DNA of 63,536 nt, counting the filler, from Pelomyxa schiedti (taxonomy: Eukaryota > Protista > Evosea): the NCBI GenBank assembly GCA_020536535.1. It is 8 parts of 8 records of this genome, joined end to end, with 100 filler letters (N's around TTAATTAATTAA, not from the genome) between each part and the next. Parts side by side here need not be neighbours in the genome. Positions count along the whole stretch, not along the records: positions 51,719 to 58,327 come from JAHLWZ010001408.1; positions 58,428 to 60,163 come from JAHLWZ010002299.1; positions 60,264 to 63,536 come from JAHLWZ010001777.1; 5 more parts are not named here. One strand, written 5' to 3'. Shown here piece by piece: positions 52,151 through 63,046 of the stretch (within the stretch, counting starts at the first letter, position 1; every line of letters begins with the position of its first letter). A program made the translations under genes and the position numbers. Below the pieces are notes generated by a model, which was not told the origin of the DNA, ran no database searches, and saw nothing but the letters and a program-made list of their open reading frames with translations.

Positions 52151-53503
52151 TCAAGGCAAAGCCCAAACACCATCAAGGCCCCGCATTTCAGGGAGTGGAA
52201 GGAGCAGAACAACAACACCAGAGGATGCCTCAACCACCTTCAATTGGTGTCCAGCAGCAGTGAAAATGAACCCTGACTCGGCTGCAGCAAGACAAAAGTT
52301 GTGATTTGCAGGCATGTAAACACCAGGCACACACATCACCAGTGCTGTTGTGCCACCACTGCAATCCCACATTTTGCAAAGGGAGTCACCACAATCAAAG
52401 CGGACACAGAACCGTGAGTCACTCACACGATACAGACTGCGTGGTCTCTCACACCCTTCAATCAACAGCCTCGTTACACCAGCTTCATTCACTTCCACAA
52501 TTTCTGGAAGAGTACTGCGGCGTCCCATCACATGTGGCTTCCCATGCACAATGAAACAGTGGGACCCACCAATTCTCTTCATTGACAGTGCTTCAGCCAC
52601 CACATAGCCTGGTGGAAACAGGGCCCTCGTTTCACTCGCAATCACCAGGCTCTTGGATTTGTGGGCTCTCTCAACATCAAACAAAACGAACCTGGCTGCA
52701 GTGCTGCCATACTTCTTTACCACCACAGCCAGCATTTCACTTGAATCATTTCTCGAAAATGACAGCACAGCCACCTCGTACTCACCAACATTGAACTCCA
52801 CAGAGATCGGAACCACAACCCTGGAATCCCGAGGCTCAACTTCGGCGAGGCTCATGATGACAACACCAACCATTCCCCCGCACCTCTCCCTCACCAGGGA
52901 TTCATCATCACCCTGAGGCGCCTCGCACTCCACAACGCCCGCCACGAACCACTTCCAGTTCACATCGCACGCTCCCGGCGAGTTCCTCGCCTTCCACAGA
53001 ACCACCTCGGGGTTGGCTCCTGTTTCCTCATGGCACCTTCCAATCTGCCACCTGCAACCCCTGTCGTACCAGTTCAGCTTGTCCACCCACCGAGAGGCAC
53101 TCACCCACCACGTCTTCGCCGCCCACGCGGCCCCGATTCCGCCCCGCTCGTGCCCCCCGGGCTCCCTCGTGAGCGCCAGCAGCACGGGCGACACCGAGAA
53201 CGCGTGTGGCCGGCTGTGGGGGGGTCCCCTGCTGGTCATGCACGCCTCGCCGAGCACGAAGTTTGTGGCGGTCTCGGTGACGAAGGACCAGAGGAGCCTG
53301 GGGACGAGGGAGCCGCCGTGTGCGAGGGCGTCGGCGGCGAGCGGGGCCAGCCGGGAGCCGCACCGTGGGTGGGCCCCGAGAAGAAGCGCCAACAGTTGAT
53401 CCTTGGCTCGAATCCACGCAGCAACACCACCACAACCACATCTCAACGTGGATGGTGATGCAGGGGTCGACGGCCGGCCAGTGTTGTTGGTGCCTGAGAA
53501 CAT
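52151..53503 (-). CDS. Intronless RCG/SPAR-motif family protein (member 8)
   Basis: RAKDQLLALLLGAHPRCGSRLAPL..LLWSFV; LYRVSDSRFC..KMWDCSG..AESGFIF..LKVVEASSG. Confidence 0.87.
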   Translation of the reverse strand: MFSGTNNTGRPSTPASPSTLRCGCGGVAAWIRAKDQLLALLLGAHPRCGSRLAPLAADALAHGGSLVPRLLWSFVTETATNFVLGEACMTSRGPPHSRPHAFSVSPVLLALTREPGGHERGGIGAAWAAKTWWVSASRWVDKLNWYDRGCRWQIGRCHEETGANPEVVLWKARNSPGACDVNWKWFVAGVVECEAPQGDDESLVRERCGGMVGVVIMSLAEVEPRDSRVVVPISVEFNVGEYEVAVLSFSRNDSSEMLAVVVKKYGSTAARFVLFDVERAHKSKSLVIASETRALFPPGYVVAEALSMKRIGGSHCFIVHGKPHVMGRRSTLPEIVEVNEAGVTRLLIEGCERPRSLYRVSDSRFCVRFDCGDSLCKMWDCSGGTTALVMCVPGVYMPANHNFCLAAAESGFIFTAAGHQLKVVEASSGVVVLLLPLPEMRGLDGVWALP

Positions 53504-54037
53504 ATTGATCACCTCTTTTTGCTTTTTGAAAGAATGATGGTGATAAAAAGTTATTGAAGGGCACGAGAGTGTTAGCTTCTGTGGACTCGAGAATAAGTCC
53601 CACAGAGGAAGAAAACGAGTGAGAGTGAAGAGAAGAAAGGGCTCTCTTGTTTGTTCTCGAAAGAAGGAAAGGGATAAAAAGGGAGTGTCTAAAATCTCGC
53701 AGTGCGGTTTTGAGATTGGGTTAAAAGGCCGCGATGTTCAAATGGATTCTCTGACAAGTGTGCATGAAATCAAAAGCGCCTGCCGCGTTCTTGTTGCTGT
53801 ATTTGTGCGCCCAGCTGCGCTGTGCGCTGATCATTACCTTCGCTGTCTCATTCTGGTAATAGTCCAGATTCGGCTCAGTGCTCAGTCTCTCCAATCCCGC
53901 TAAAGTGCGCCAGACTTCAGAGCCTCGCGAGCAAGGCCAAGTTCGTGTACTTGGTGGAAGTACACAAGAGTTCTAGGTGATTACGAGAAATCCAAATCTT
54001 GGTGATTCAGTGAAAAAGATTTTCTTGGAGTTGATTG

Positions 54038-55300
54038 ATGGTCGAAGCGACGCGTGCGACGATTCGTGGCGTTGTTGACGCGAGATCGCAGTTCGTCGCG
54101 TTCGCGTGTTCGTCGAACGAAAGGTGCGGCCGGGGCAGCGCGGCCAAATCGGTGTCCCATAACCACGCCCTGTGCGCCCAGTTTGGCCGCGACTGGGTCG
54201 TCGGCTGCTGCCGCCAAGTCGGCAGCACAATCACGCTGTCCGCGTCCCCATCAGCGGACGATCCCGCGACAACAGCAGAACGAGACGAATGGTGCTTATG
54301 GGATGTTCGCGCCCACCTGTTCATGGGACTGAGTGCCACACTCGGCGTGGTGTGGTGCAAGTGCCTGGATCAGCCGGCGTGCGCGCTGCTGGACTGCGAG
54401 GTCGACACCATCCAGGGCTGCGTGGGCGATGACAGGTTCGTGGCGGTGTCGAGCTCGGGTGCTGCCAACGTGATCGACAGCGAGGGGAACGTGGTTGCGC
54501 CTCTGGATGGCGGGTCGGAGATGGCGCCGTTTGGCCTGTGGGTGAACAACTGCAAGTGGCTGGTGAGGATCGAGGACGGCGGAGAGGATGAGGAAGGCTC
54601 GACCAACCTGAAGATATGGAGGATGCGCGATGGTGCGCCATTGAGGGATGGCGAGCGCTCTTGTGTGCCACTGAGTGTGGATTGTGCTGGGTTCTCTCAA
54701 TTTGAGCCTTTTGGTGACTGCTTGGTGCTTGCTGGCTTCAGTGGCGAAGAAGAAGATGAAGATGACGCACAGCAGCCTGGAATACTTTACTCCATTGATC
54801 TTGAGAAGTTCAATACAACAGCAGCGGGCAGGAATGCTGCTGTTCTACAACATCCCGTTGCTTTTGGATTGGTCTGGGCTTCACCCAACACAATCCTCAC
54901 ACTGCACGGTGACTCAACTAAGGGCTACAAAGTTTACAACACTGTGACTGGTCAACTACACGCATTCCCTTCCTCAAAGTACCAAGAGATGTACTCTGTG
55001 TCATCTTGTGGGGTTCCTGCACACCTTGTTTCCTCTTTAAGAGGGTCTGAAAAGTGCGAGGTTTACCATTGCTCTGAATTGACGATACCCTTGTGTCAGT
55101 ATCAACACACAGCAGCAACAGGCAAGATTGAAGTATGTTCGTCATCCAACGCCATCTATGCTGTGCCAACATCATCAAACACAGCAAAACCTCCTTTACA
55201 GCAGCAAGAGCAACATCTCACAACACTCTACATTCATGATTCCACCACAGGAATACCATTGACCACTCTAGAAGTAATATTGATGCACTACACCCTGTAG
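54038..55300 (+). CDS. Intronless RCG/SPAR-motif family protein (member 9)
   Basis: VDARSQFVAFACSSNERCGRGSAAKSV..FGRDWVV; open 421-aa ORF. Confidence 0.85.
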   Translation: MVEATRATIRGVVDARSQFVAFACSSNERCGRGSAAKSVSHNHALCAQFGRDWVVGCCRQVGSTITLSASPSADDPATTAERDEWCLWDVRAHLFMGLSATLGVVWCKCLDQPACALLDCEVDTIQGCVGDDRFVAVSSSGAANVIDSEGNVVAPLDGGSEMAPFGLWVNNCKWLVRIEDGGEDEEGSTNLKIWRMRDGAPLRDGERSCVPLSVDCAGFSQFEPFGDCLVLAGFSGEEEDEDDAQQPGILYSIDLEKFNTTAAGRNAAVLQHPVAFGLVWASPNTILTLHGDSTKGYKVYNTVTGQLHAFPSSKYQEMYSVSSCGVPAHLVSSLRGSEKCEVYHCSELTIPLCQYQHTAATGKIEVCSSSNAIYAVPTSSNTAKPPLQQQEQHLTTLYIHDSTTGIPLTTLEVILMHYTL

Positions 55301-55377
55301 CCAGAATATTTCAATTGATCTTAATAATTCAATGAAGAAAGTTATTATTATTTTGACTGTGTCTTGTGTTCCTGGCA

Positions 55378-56721
55378 TCAAGGCAACGCCCAAACACCAT
55401 CAAGGCCAAGAATTTCAGGGAGTGGAAGGAGCAGAACAACAACACCAGAGGATGCCTCAATCACCTTCAATTGGTGACGCTCAACGGTGAAGATGAACCC
55501 TGACTCGGCTGCTGCCACGCTCCAGAACTTGTGCTGCTCGGGCATACGCGCTCCAGGCACACACATCACCAGTGCTGTTGTGCCACCACTGCAATCCCAA
55601 ATTTCGCAAAGGGAGTCACCACTGTCGAGGCTGACACAGAACCGTGAGTCACTCACACGATACAGGTTGCGCAGTTTCTCTCTCCCTTCACTCAACAGCT
55701 TCACCACACCAGTTCTTTCACTCACTTCGGTGATTTCTAAAGGAGCAACGCGGCGTGCCCTCCCGTGTGCCTTCCCATACACAATGAAACAGTGCGATCC
55801 ATCCGTCCTCTCCATTGACATGGCTGAGGACACCACATAGCCTGGTGGAAACAGGGCCCTCGTTTCACTCGCAATCACCAGGCTCTTTGACTTGTATGCG
55901 CCCCCTACATCAAACAGGATGAACCTGTTCTCAGTGCCGTCCTTCCTCGCCACCACAGCAAGCATCTCACTCGGCTTTGAGAATGACAACAGCCTCACGA
56001 AGTACTCAGCAGAGTCGAACGCCCCGCCAGAGATCGGAACAATCACCCTGCCCCCGTCAGGCTGGGCATCCGCCCTCATGCTCATAATGACAACACCAAC
56101 CATTCCCCCGCACCTGTCCCTCACCATCGCATCGCCCTCGCCCTCGCACTCAGCCACACTGGCAACAAACCACTTCCCGTTCACATCGCACGCGGCGTAG
56201 CACCCCAGGAGACCGTCCCTCGCTGCCCACAGCAAGCACCCCCCGCCTCCGCCGCCGCCGCCGCCGCGGCCCTCGTTGTTGTCGTGGAGCACCCACCTGC
56301 AGCCGGATGGGTTGAGCGAGCGCAGGCGGTCCACCCACCGAGTGGGGCTCACCCACCACGTAGCGACGCCGGCCACGCCCACGCCGCCCTGCGGGTGGGG
56401 CCTGGGGCCCATGGCCACGCTCTGCAGAAGGGGGGACAGCGAGAAGGCGTGAGGCCTGGCCCTCGGGCGCCCGCTGGGGTCGAACACCTCCCCGAACACG
56501 AGGTTGGTGGCGGTATCGGTGACGAAGGCCCACAGGAGCCTGGCGACGAGCGAGCCGTCGGCGGCGAGGGCCAGCCTGGCTCCGGGGGTAAGCCGCGAAC
56601 CACACCGTGGGTGACCGCCAAACACCAACGCGGCGATCTGGTCTGTGGACCGACCCCACACACCAACAGTGCTGTCGGCACCACTGGTTGTGGTAGAGCC
56701 ATCGTGGTTACTTTTCATCAT
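55378..56721 (-). CDS. Intronless RCG/SPAR-motif family protein (member 10), close paralog of member 8
   Basis: STDQIAALVFGGHPRCGSRL; near-identical DNA to 52151-53503 over the C-terminal coding part (SKSLVIASETRALFPPGYVV, WDCSGGTTALVMCVPG). Confidence 0.87.
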   Translation of the reverse strand: MMKSNHDGSTTTSGADSTVGVWGRSTDQIAALVFGGHPRCGSRLTPGARLALAADGSLVARLLWAFVTDTATNLVFGEVFDPSGRPRARPHAFSLSPLLQSVAMGPRPHPQGGVGVAGVATWWVSPTRWVDRLRSLNPSGCRWVLHDNNEGRGGGGGGGGGCLLWAARDGLLGCYAACDVNGKWFVASVAECEGEGDAMVRDRCGGMVGVVIMSMRADAQPDGGRVIVPISGGAFDSAEYFVRLLSFSKPSEMLAVVARKDGTENRFILFDVGGAYKSKSLVIASETRALFPPGYVVSSAMSMERTDGSHCFIVYGKAHGRARRVAPLEITEVSERTGVVKLLSEGREKLRNLYRVSDSRFCVSLDSGDSLCEIWDCSGGTTALVMCVPGARMPEQHKFWSVAAAESGFIFTVERHQLKVIEASSGVVVLLLPLPEILGLDGVWALP

Positions 56722-57699
56722 TTTTTCGTTCGGTTTTTTTTGCACAAGGGACACTCCAGAAACGACAAGCAACTCTGCTCAGTTGGATTCCCCAAAGTCG
56801 CTGAAACACTGGTACCCCGCTGACACTGGCACCCCTGTTTTCTTGGTGCCTGTTGTTACTACCCTCATCTCCTGATATTCTTTGAATATGCTGTTTCAGA
56901 GGCGCAGAGAAAAATACATGGGCCCTGGGGCTTCACTTGCCTCCCCATATGGGTCCGCTGCCTGATGCTTGGTCTTTCTGTTGTTGGTTAAAATCAAAAA
57001 TAAAAAAAAAAACCCCCACACAACGACTGCAAAACTGCAGTACTGACGGTTCAAGTGCTCTCTCTTGGCATTCTCTCAAGTATATTTATGTCTCATATTA
57101 CTGATTGACCTGACACACAAAAAAGATGGCGGCATAAATGAAGTAGAAACCTTGACAACGAAAACGAACACTGTGCTTCATTCACTGCGGTCCATCAATT
57201 GCCTTTAGTGTGTCCCTTGTCACTTTCATAATCACTGACAACCCACAGTTTTGCGCCTTCAAAATGATCAAGTGGGTACCAAATTCCAGTCCTTTGAATG
57301 AACTGTTGTCAGTGATATCAGAAGCAGCAGAAAGGTGGATTGAAGCAGAATCAGTGTATCGTCTCTCAATTTGAAGAAGTCAGTGACGACCCATCACTGT
57401 TACCTTGCCTGAGTTATGTTGAAGCCTTCCCTTGTACAAACTGTCTGATCAAAATGTATAACATATCTGGATCCCGTAACACAATGACCGCCCTGCCGCC
57501 TCACCTGTTTTATTTCGCCAAAAGTGATATCCTCAATGCTATGAAAAACGGGGAGTCTGAAATTCTCTGTGGTTATGAAAAACGTCCAGTTCATATTCAT
57601 GCAATTGGTCCCTTCCCCATAAATCACCACTTCCTGGGGAGAAAGAAATATTGGGATCGATCCTCCCTCCCAAATCAAAGGGAATCGTTGGTCAAGAAC

Positions 57700-58250
57700 T
57701 CACAACAGTCATGACCCTGTAACAAAGGCAATGGGAATCAATACTGGATCAAGTTAGTTCATTTGAATTGAGGATAAACATCAACTTCACATCAACGACC
57801 CTCTTATCCATGGCCCTTCACTCACATACAACAGGCAGGAAACATCCTCATTTTGTCTCTTGATGATTCTGGACCCGGTCCTTGGGCAAAGGTGTGTCCT
57901 CAATGGAAATAAATCCACAGTGTGATATTACTTATTATTATCCTTTTAACTTAATTAACGGATTATTTATAGATCAAAGAACCTGACAGCATAAACACTC
58001 TTTGCCGGGTGTGCAGGACTGTCTTCTTCAACAGAGTACTCACCGGCGCAGCTGAACTTCATCGCACCGGAAGTTATTTCACACCTTCCCTTTGACACAA
58101 AGGCTGATGTCTGGAGCTTTGGTAATTCATTCTGTCAAATCAAATTCCCGAACTTACTTCGCACTTGTAGGAATGACTGCGGCGATTCTGATGGACCCAC
58201 TTAAACGGCACCCATAGCCAGAAATACCAACTGAAACCGAAACCAACGTC
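57700..58250 (+). pseudogene. Degenerate Roco-type kinase domain remnant (may extend upstream to ~56800)
   Basis: GNILILSLDDSGPGPWAKV matches GGILVFSLDESGPGPLAKV at ~33010. NFIAPEVI and PFDTKADVWSFG lie in different frames, and stops follow. Confidence 0.7.
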
Positions 58251-58296
58251 CGCTTCGAGGCTTTCTAACTCATAGTACCCAGCAAAAAATTAAGTG

Positions 58297-58327
58297 AGGC
58301 TCCAGTGGGAATCGAACCCGCGATCTT
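58297..58327 (-). tRNA. trnT: Second tRNA-Thr(CGT) copy, 3' 31 nt only (rest in gap)
   Basis: aggctccagtgggaatcgaacccgcgatctt is identical to 52003-52033. Confidence 0.75.
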
Positions 58328-58427
58328 NNNNNNNNNNNNNNNNNNNNNNNNNNNNNNNNNNNNNNNNNNNNTTAATTAATTAANNNNNNNNNNNNNNNNN
58401 NNNNNNNNNNNNNNNNNNNNNNNNNNN

Positions 58428-60163
58428 GGCTGGGGCGTGTGCCGCTTCGGCAGCGGCCACGTGTACCGCGGCCAGTGGCGTGGCGGCGAGCAGCACGGCC
58501 GCGGCGAGTGCCGCTTCAAGAACGGCGACGCGTACGACGGCGAGTGGCGGGCGGGCAGGATGGACGGCCGAGGCGCCTACACCTTCAAGAACGGCGACGT
58601 GTATTATGGGATGTACTGCGCCGGGGTGCGGGAGGGCCCCGGCACGATTTCCTTCTCGTCTTCTTCTTGCTCTATTATTGGCTCCAAAGACAATGACAAT
58701 GACAATGACAAGGATAAGGATAAAGATAAAGATAAAGATAAGGGAATGGGCGGCGAGATTGTCAAGGATTCTAGAGGGGGGTTGATGTTTCAGGGTACTT
58801 TTGTCAAAGGCCTGCGTTGTGGGGGAAGTGTGTTTACTTGGTCTGATGGAAGGACTTTAAATTGCCACTGGAAGGAAGACAACCCTGATCCTGCAAACCC
58901 CAGAGCTTGCTTGAAGAGCTCTGATGGGATTACTTTGACTCACTGCCTGTGGAAGCCGAGTACATTGAAAGGGCCCGAACCCTCCGTGGAATTGGTGGCA
59001 ATTTTACAAGGCAATGGCGTTGAGATAAACCTTTGCAGTGGTAATGTCAGCTGCGTTGTGTATGAGGGTGGTGAGGCAGTGAGTAGAACTCAAATCATTG
59101 AACAGCACCCAGCCATACTTTTTCCAAGGTGCCATCAGAGGTGTCAACTGAAACCACTTCAACTGCACTTGAACAACATGAAGTGTTGAAGCCAATTCCG
59201 GCCAGGGCTGTCTCTGGAGCAACCACAGCTGGGTGCTCCTCCCCGCCCTCACCAGGACAGGACACATCTATCTCAGGGACATCTCCCAATGCTAATGCAA
59301 GTCTGCATCAAAGCCACAAAGATGAGTAAGTAACTCACACATGGAAACTCCAAAAAAAAAAAAAAAAAATAATGACAACAACAATAATGAATAACATTGC
59401 AAAAACAGATCAAGCACCATTGCAGTAATTCCAAGAGTTGAATCTGTTGCAGATATAACAAGGTGACTATTAGTATAGTGATTGTATGTTCCAAGCAATT
59501 TTTCAAGGTTATTCCCAGCCGACTGGAGAAAACCTTCCTCACTTGCTGTAGCTGCCGAGCAGGCAGGTATCCCATCCGCTGAAGTCATTTGCGCGCACTG
59601 CCAAGAGGTTGCATCAAGAGTTCCTTTGGATGTTATGGACAATACTCTGTCCCTCACATTAGAGGATGCGGCAACGATTGCACGCTACACATATGACTTT
59701 GGTGAGTTCCGTCATCGTCGCACTTTCTTTATTTACATCTATCACTTCACCAGGGGCGATTTGAAGCACCAAAATCCGCATTTTATTTTGAACAAGAACC
59801 TGGCAGAGCGTTCTGGAACACTGCTCAACATCCTTGGGTTGCTTCAACTTCTGGTTTCTGCATTGCGGAAGCTCCCTCGTTTTGGAGAAAAAGACATTGC
59901 ACTCTACTGTGGCACCACACGCAGGGTCAATTTGTCAGGGTACATTATTGGAGATACCATCACCTGGGATACTTTTGCATCTACCACAACAGACATGGCC
60001 AAAACCAAAGCATTGATGCTTAATCCAACTGGGGAGTGTTCTGGAACCCTTTTCATCCTGAGAAATTGTTGGGGTTATGACATACAGCGATTCTCCTGTA
60101 ACCCTGGAGGAAAAGGTATGCCTTTCCCGGGTGATCTTCCATCTCTGAGGTTTATTCAGAAAT
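58428..60163 (+). CDS. MORN-repeat protein fused to an ART-type ADP-ribosyltransferase domain (both ends in gaps, one frameshift)
   Basis: MORN repeats YRGQWRGGEQHGRG, YDGEWRAGRMDGRG. ART domain: IARYT, NPHFILN..L, LVSALRKLP, LYCG, WDTFASTT, GTLFIL, GYDIQRFS. Joined by two GT-AG introns and a 1-nt shift at ~59120. Confidence 0.75.
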
Positions 60164-60263
60164 NNNNNNNNNNNNNNNNNNNNNNNNNNNNNNNNNNNNN
60201 NNNNNNNTTAATTAATTAANNNNNNNNNNNNNNNNNNNNNNNNNNNNNNNNNNNNNNNNNNNN

Positions 60264-60923
60264 CCCTGACCATGGAATGCATCATCCTTCCACTCACCAA
60301 CATAACTCCCACCCTTGCTGTTGTTGCCTCCATCGCCACCACCGCCAAACAGGATACTCCCTGTTCCACATTTCATTCCGTGATAGAATTGGCCATGGTA
60401 GATGTCACCCAAGCCATCAGGTGACTTCCACATTCCCACACCGTGCCACTGGTGCCTGTCCCACTCACCCTCATACACCATGACCATTGCTCCTGTGGCC
60501 CCCCCCTTGACTGCCCTCCTTTGCACACCCCACCCCTGCATTATACACCCACTCGCCATCCCTCACATCCACACCATTGCTGTCATGCCACGTTCCCCTT
60601 TTCCAGTGGTTGTCCCTCCACAGCCCCTCGAACCACCAGCCATCGGCCCAGCGGGCCACACCCCACCCATCCGTATTGTCGTTGAGCCACTCTCCCTCGC
60701 GGGTGCTGCCATCAGACCACTTGCGCACCCCTCGGCCCGTCCTGGCTCCGTTGAGCCACACACCGTTGTACGTGCCGCCGTTTGGCCATTTTATGGTGCC
60801 CCTGCCGTCGCGTTTGCCATCGACCAGCCGACCAGTGTATGTGGCGCCACCACCAGGCACCGCTGACGTGTCGTCGACAACCATGGTCGCAGCACCCACT
60901 CGTTTGTTGGTTGCAGCTGCCAT
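60264..60923 (-). pseudogene. MORN-repeat gene with a frameshift at ~60545 (3' part in gap)
   Basis: YTGRLVDGKRDGRG, YNGVWLNGARTGRG, YEGEWDRHQWHGVG, YVGEWKDDAFHGQ; the frame changes between DGEWVY and MQGWGVQRR. Confidence 0.75.
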
Positions 60924-60982
60924 GACGGTGATGATGAAATGATCGATGATGCAACAAGAAAAGCAATGATCGATGATGCAAC

Positions 60983-61173
60983 AAACAAAGCAAAAGGGAA
61001 CAAATGAGTAAAAAGAAAAATTTAATATATAAAAGGAAAATGTGCTGGCGCTGACTTCTTTCATTGAAAGTGTCGGTGATGTGATGTTTGAAGATACTTC
61101 AATGTGGTCACAAGGCTAAGTTCATCATTTCCAATTTCATTTTCAGAGAGCAAGAGAACAAGTGAACGGGTTG
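60983..61173 (+). repeat. Left arm of ~190-bp imperfect inverted repeat (partner 62783-62967)
   Basis: tttaatatataaaaggaaaatgtg..ctgacttctttcattgaaagtg..gatacttcaatgtggtcacaaggctaagttcatcattt..gcaagagaacaagtgaacgggttg occurs as its reverse complement at 62783-62967. Confidence 0.9.
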
Positions 61174-61199
61174 TCAGTTCCTGTGTTGTTGCCGGTGGT

Positions 61200-62441
61200 G
61201 GTTCTCCTTCGCAAGCAGTGTTTCCAAGGAGGTGTGACATCCTCCGGGGGCCACACAAACCACCCACAAGGAAGGGGACCGTACAGTCGAGGTTACAACG
61301 CGCGACGCAGCCGACTCGTCACTCATGCAACAGTTTAATGAGGCGGCTGAAGGAGATGATGACGTCGCGGAGGATGACGAGCCAACGGAGGAGGTAGAAC
61401 GCGTGCACGACACAAGATGCGTGGAGGAGGACTTAGCACGCGTTCTACCTCCTCCGTTGGCTCGTCGTCCTCTGATGGCACCTCAAGCCCCACACCTCCA
61501 ATACATTAACATGGGGGCTACTACGCCTGCAAGGCGTGAACATCGATCAAGTCTACTCTGGAACTGCTGTGCACTGGTCAAGATGGTAGATGTGTGTTAT
61601 TTTCCCATTTTCCTTGGAGTCCACACCACACTCACTACACTGAGGTGAAGAAACAAGATAAAGAAGTTGCTTCGGTCACCTTTCCACATCTGGAGAGGGT
61701 GCCACCAGTGCAGCCTCATCGTCGTTTATCATGGCACACGCACGTCACATAGCCTCTCAAACCAACCACACAGAAGTCCTCCTTTCCACCACCTCCACAA
61801 CGGACTCTCTCCAGCCCCACCACGCATTCGCAGGATCACAATGCCGCCCAGAAGAGGATGCCAGAGAACCGCCCACTTGGTGCCCCTGCACACCCGCGTC
61901 TCTGGGCAATAGCCCAGCTGCGAGCTCATCGGAATCTCCGCCACGTTCCTCGCAACAGCCCCACCAGCCAGCAGATTCGCGATCGCAAGCGCGCTGCGGC
62001 TGCCGGAACTGGCCCGGTTGGTCTCGCAGTCATTCACCACGGCGCCGCCGTGCCCAAACCACACTATCGCGTTGAAGTATGCCCTCGACTCGCAGTCGTC
62101 GCCGCCGCCTGGCCCGCACCACGTCCCCCGCTCGACGACGCCCAAGGTGTGTGACACGCCGACGAACACGATGTGGTACGTGGTGGTGGTGGCGTTGGAT
62201 GCGACGGCGGGGCGGCGCTGGTGCTGGTGGCGGTGGTGGTGGTGGAGGAGTGACCCCTGATCACGGCCCTCCTGTCGACGTGCATCACCCACTTGGCTCC
62301 TATTTCGTCGGCGATGACAGCGGCAGGGAGCACCCTCGCTGGGCTGCGCGCCCCACAACGGCAATGCAGAGTGGCCACCGTGCTGGAAAGCAGGGCAACG
62401 AGTTGGTCGCGCGCAAGAAGTACAGCTGTAATCATCATCAT
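61200..62441 (-). pseudogene. Frameshifted RCG/SPAR-motif family member 11
   Basis: LARDQLVALLSSTVATLHCRCGARSPARVLPAAVIADEIGAKWVM, followed by a frameshift near 62190 and later stops; DEAALV remnant. Left boundary approximate. Confidence 0.75.
61376..61466. repeat. Perfect 31-bp inverted repeat with 29-nt spacer
   Basis: gacgagccaacggaggaggtagaacgcgtgc (61376-61406) and gcacgcgttctacctcctccgttggctcgtc (61436-61466). Confidence 0.95.
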
Positions 62442-62782
62442 GTTCTTCGAAGTTGTTTTCGAGTTTTTTATGATGGCGGGCTGCGACGAAGACGTCTTCC
62501 ACCACGACGACGACAACAACAAGACCATTGCACGAAGGCTCCACCCCCGAAAACCTCAGCCCATTTTGATCTGGTTTGTTGGCTGATCGGGGAACCTCCC
62601 TGCTTTTCCTTGTTGATGGAACCTTCAACAAACACAGCTGCATTTTACGGATCCACAGCCAGCCGCGCAGGCCCAAGCACCCCTGTGCACAGGTTTGCCA
62701 CACCATGTTAGCGCCTGCAGTTGTAGTAGCCCCCCCATAATGTATATTCTTCCTGATTTTTTTTTTTTTGCAGTGGTTGGTG

Positions 62783-62967
62783 CAACCCGTTCACTTGTTC
62801 TCTTGCTTTCTGGTTGAAATGATGAACTTAGCCTTGTGACCACATTGAAGTATCGTCAAACCTCACCACTTTCAATGAAAGAAGTCAGTGCCATCACATT
62901 TTCCTTTTATATATTAAATTTGTCTTCACTTATTTGAACTCCTCATTAATTCCCTTTCGCTTTGTTT
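62783..62967 (-). repeat. Right arm of the ~190-bp inverted repeat
   Basis: Reverse complement of 60983-61173 with small indels. The ORF track shows it too: MVTRLSSSF..ESKRTSERV on both 61104+ and 62843-. Confidence 0.9.
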
Positions 62968-63046
62968 ATATTTTCCTTGTATTTATTGAATTAATAGATT
63001 CTATCTGCTGCAGCTTAATAACCATTTAAAACGAGAATTAGGAAGA

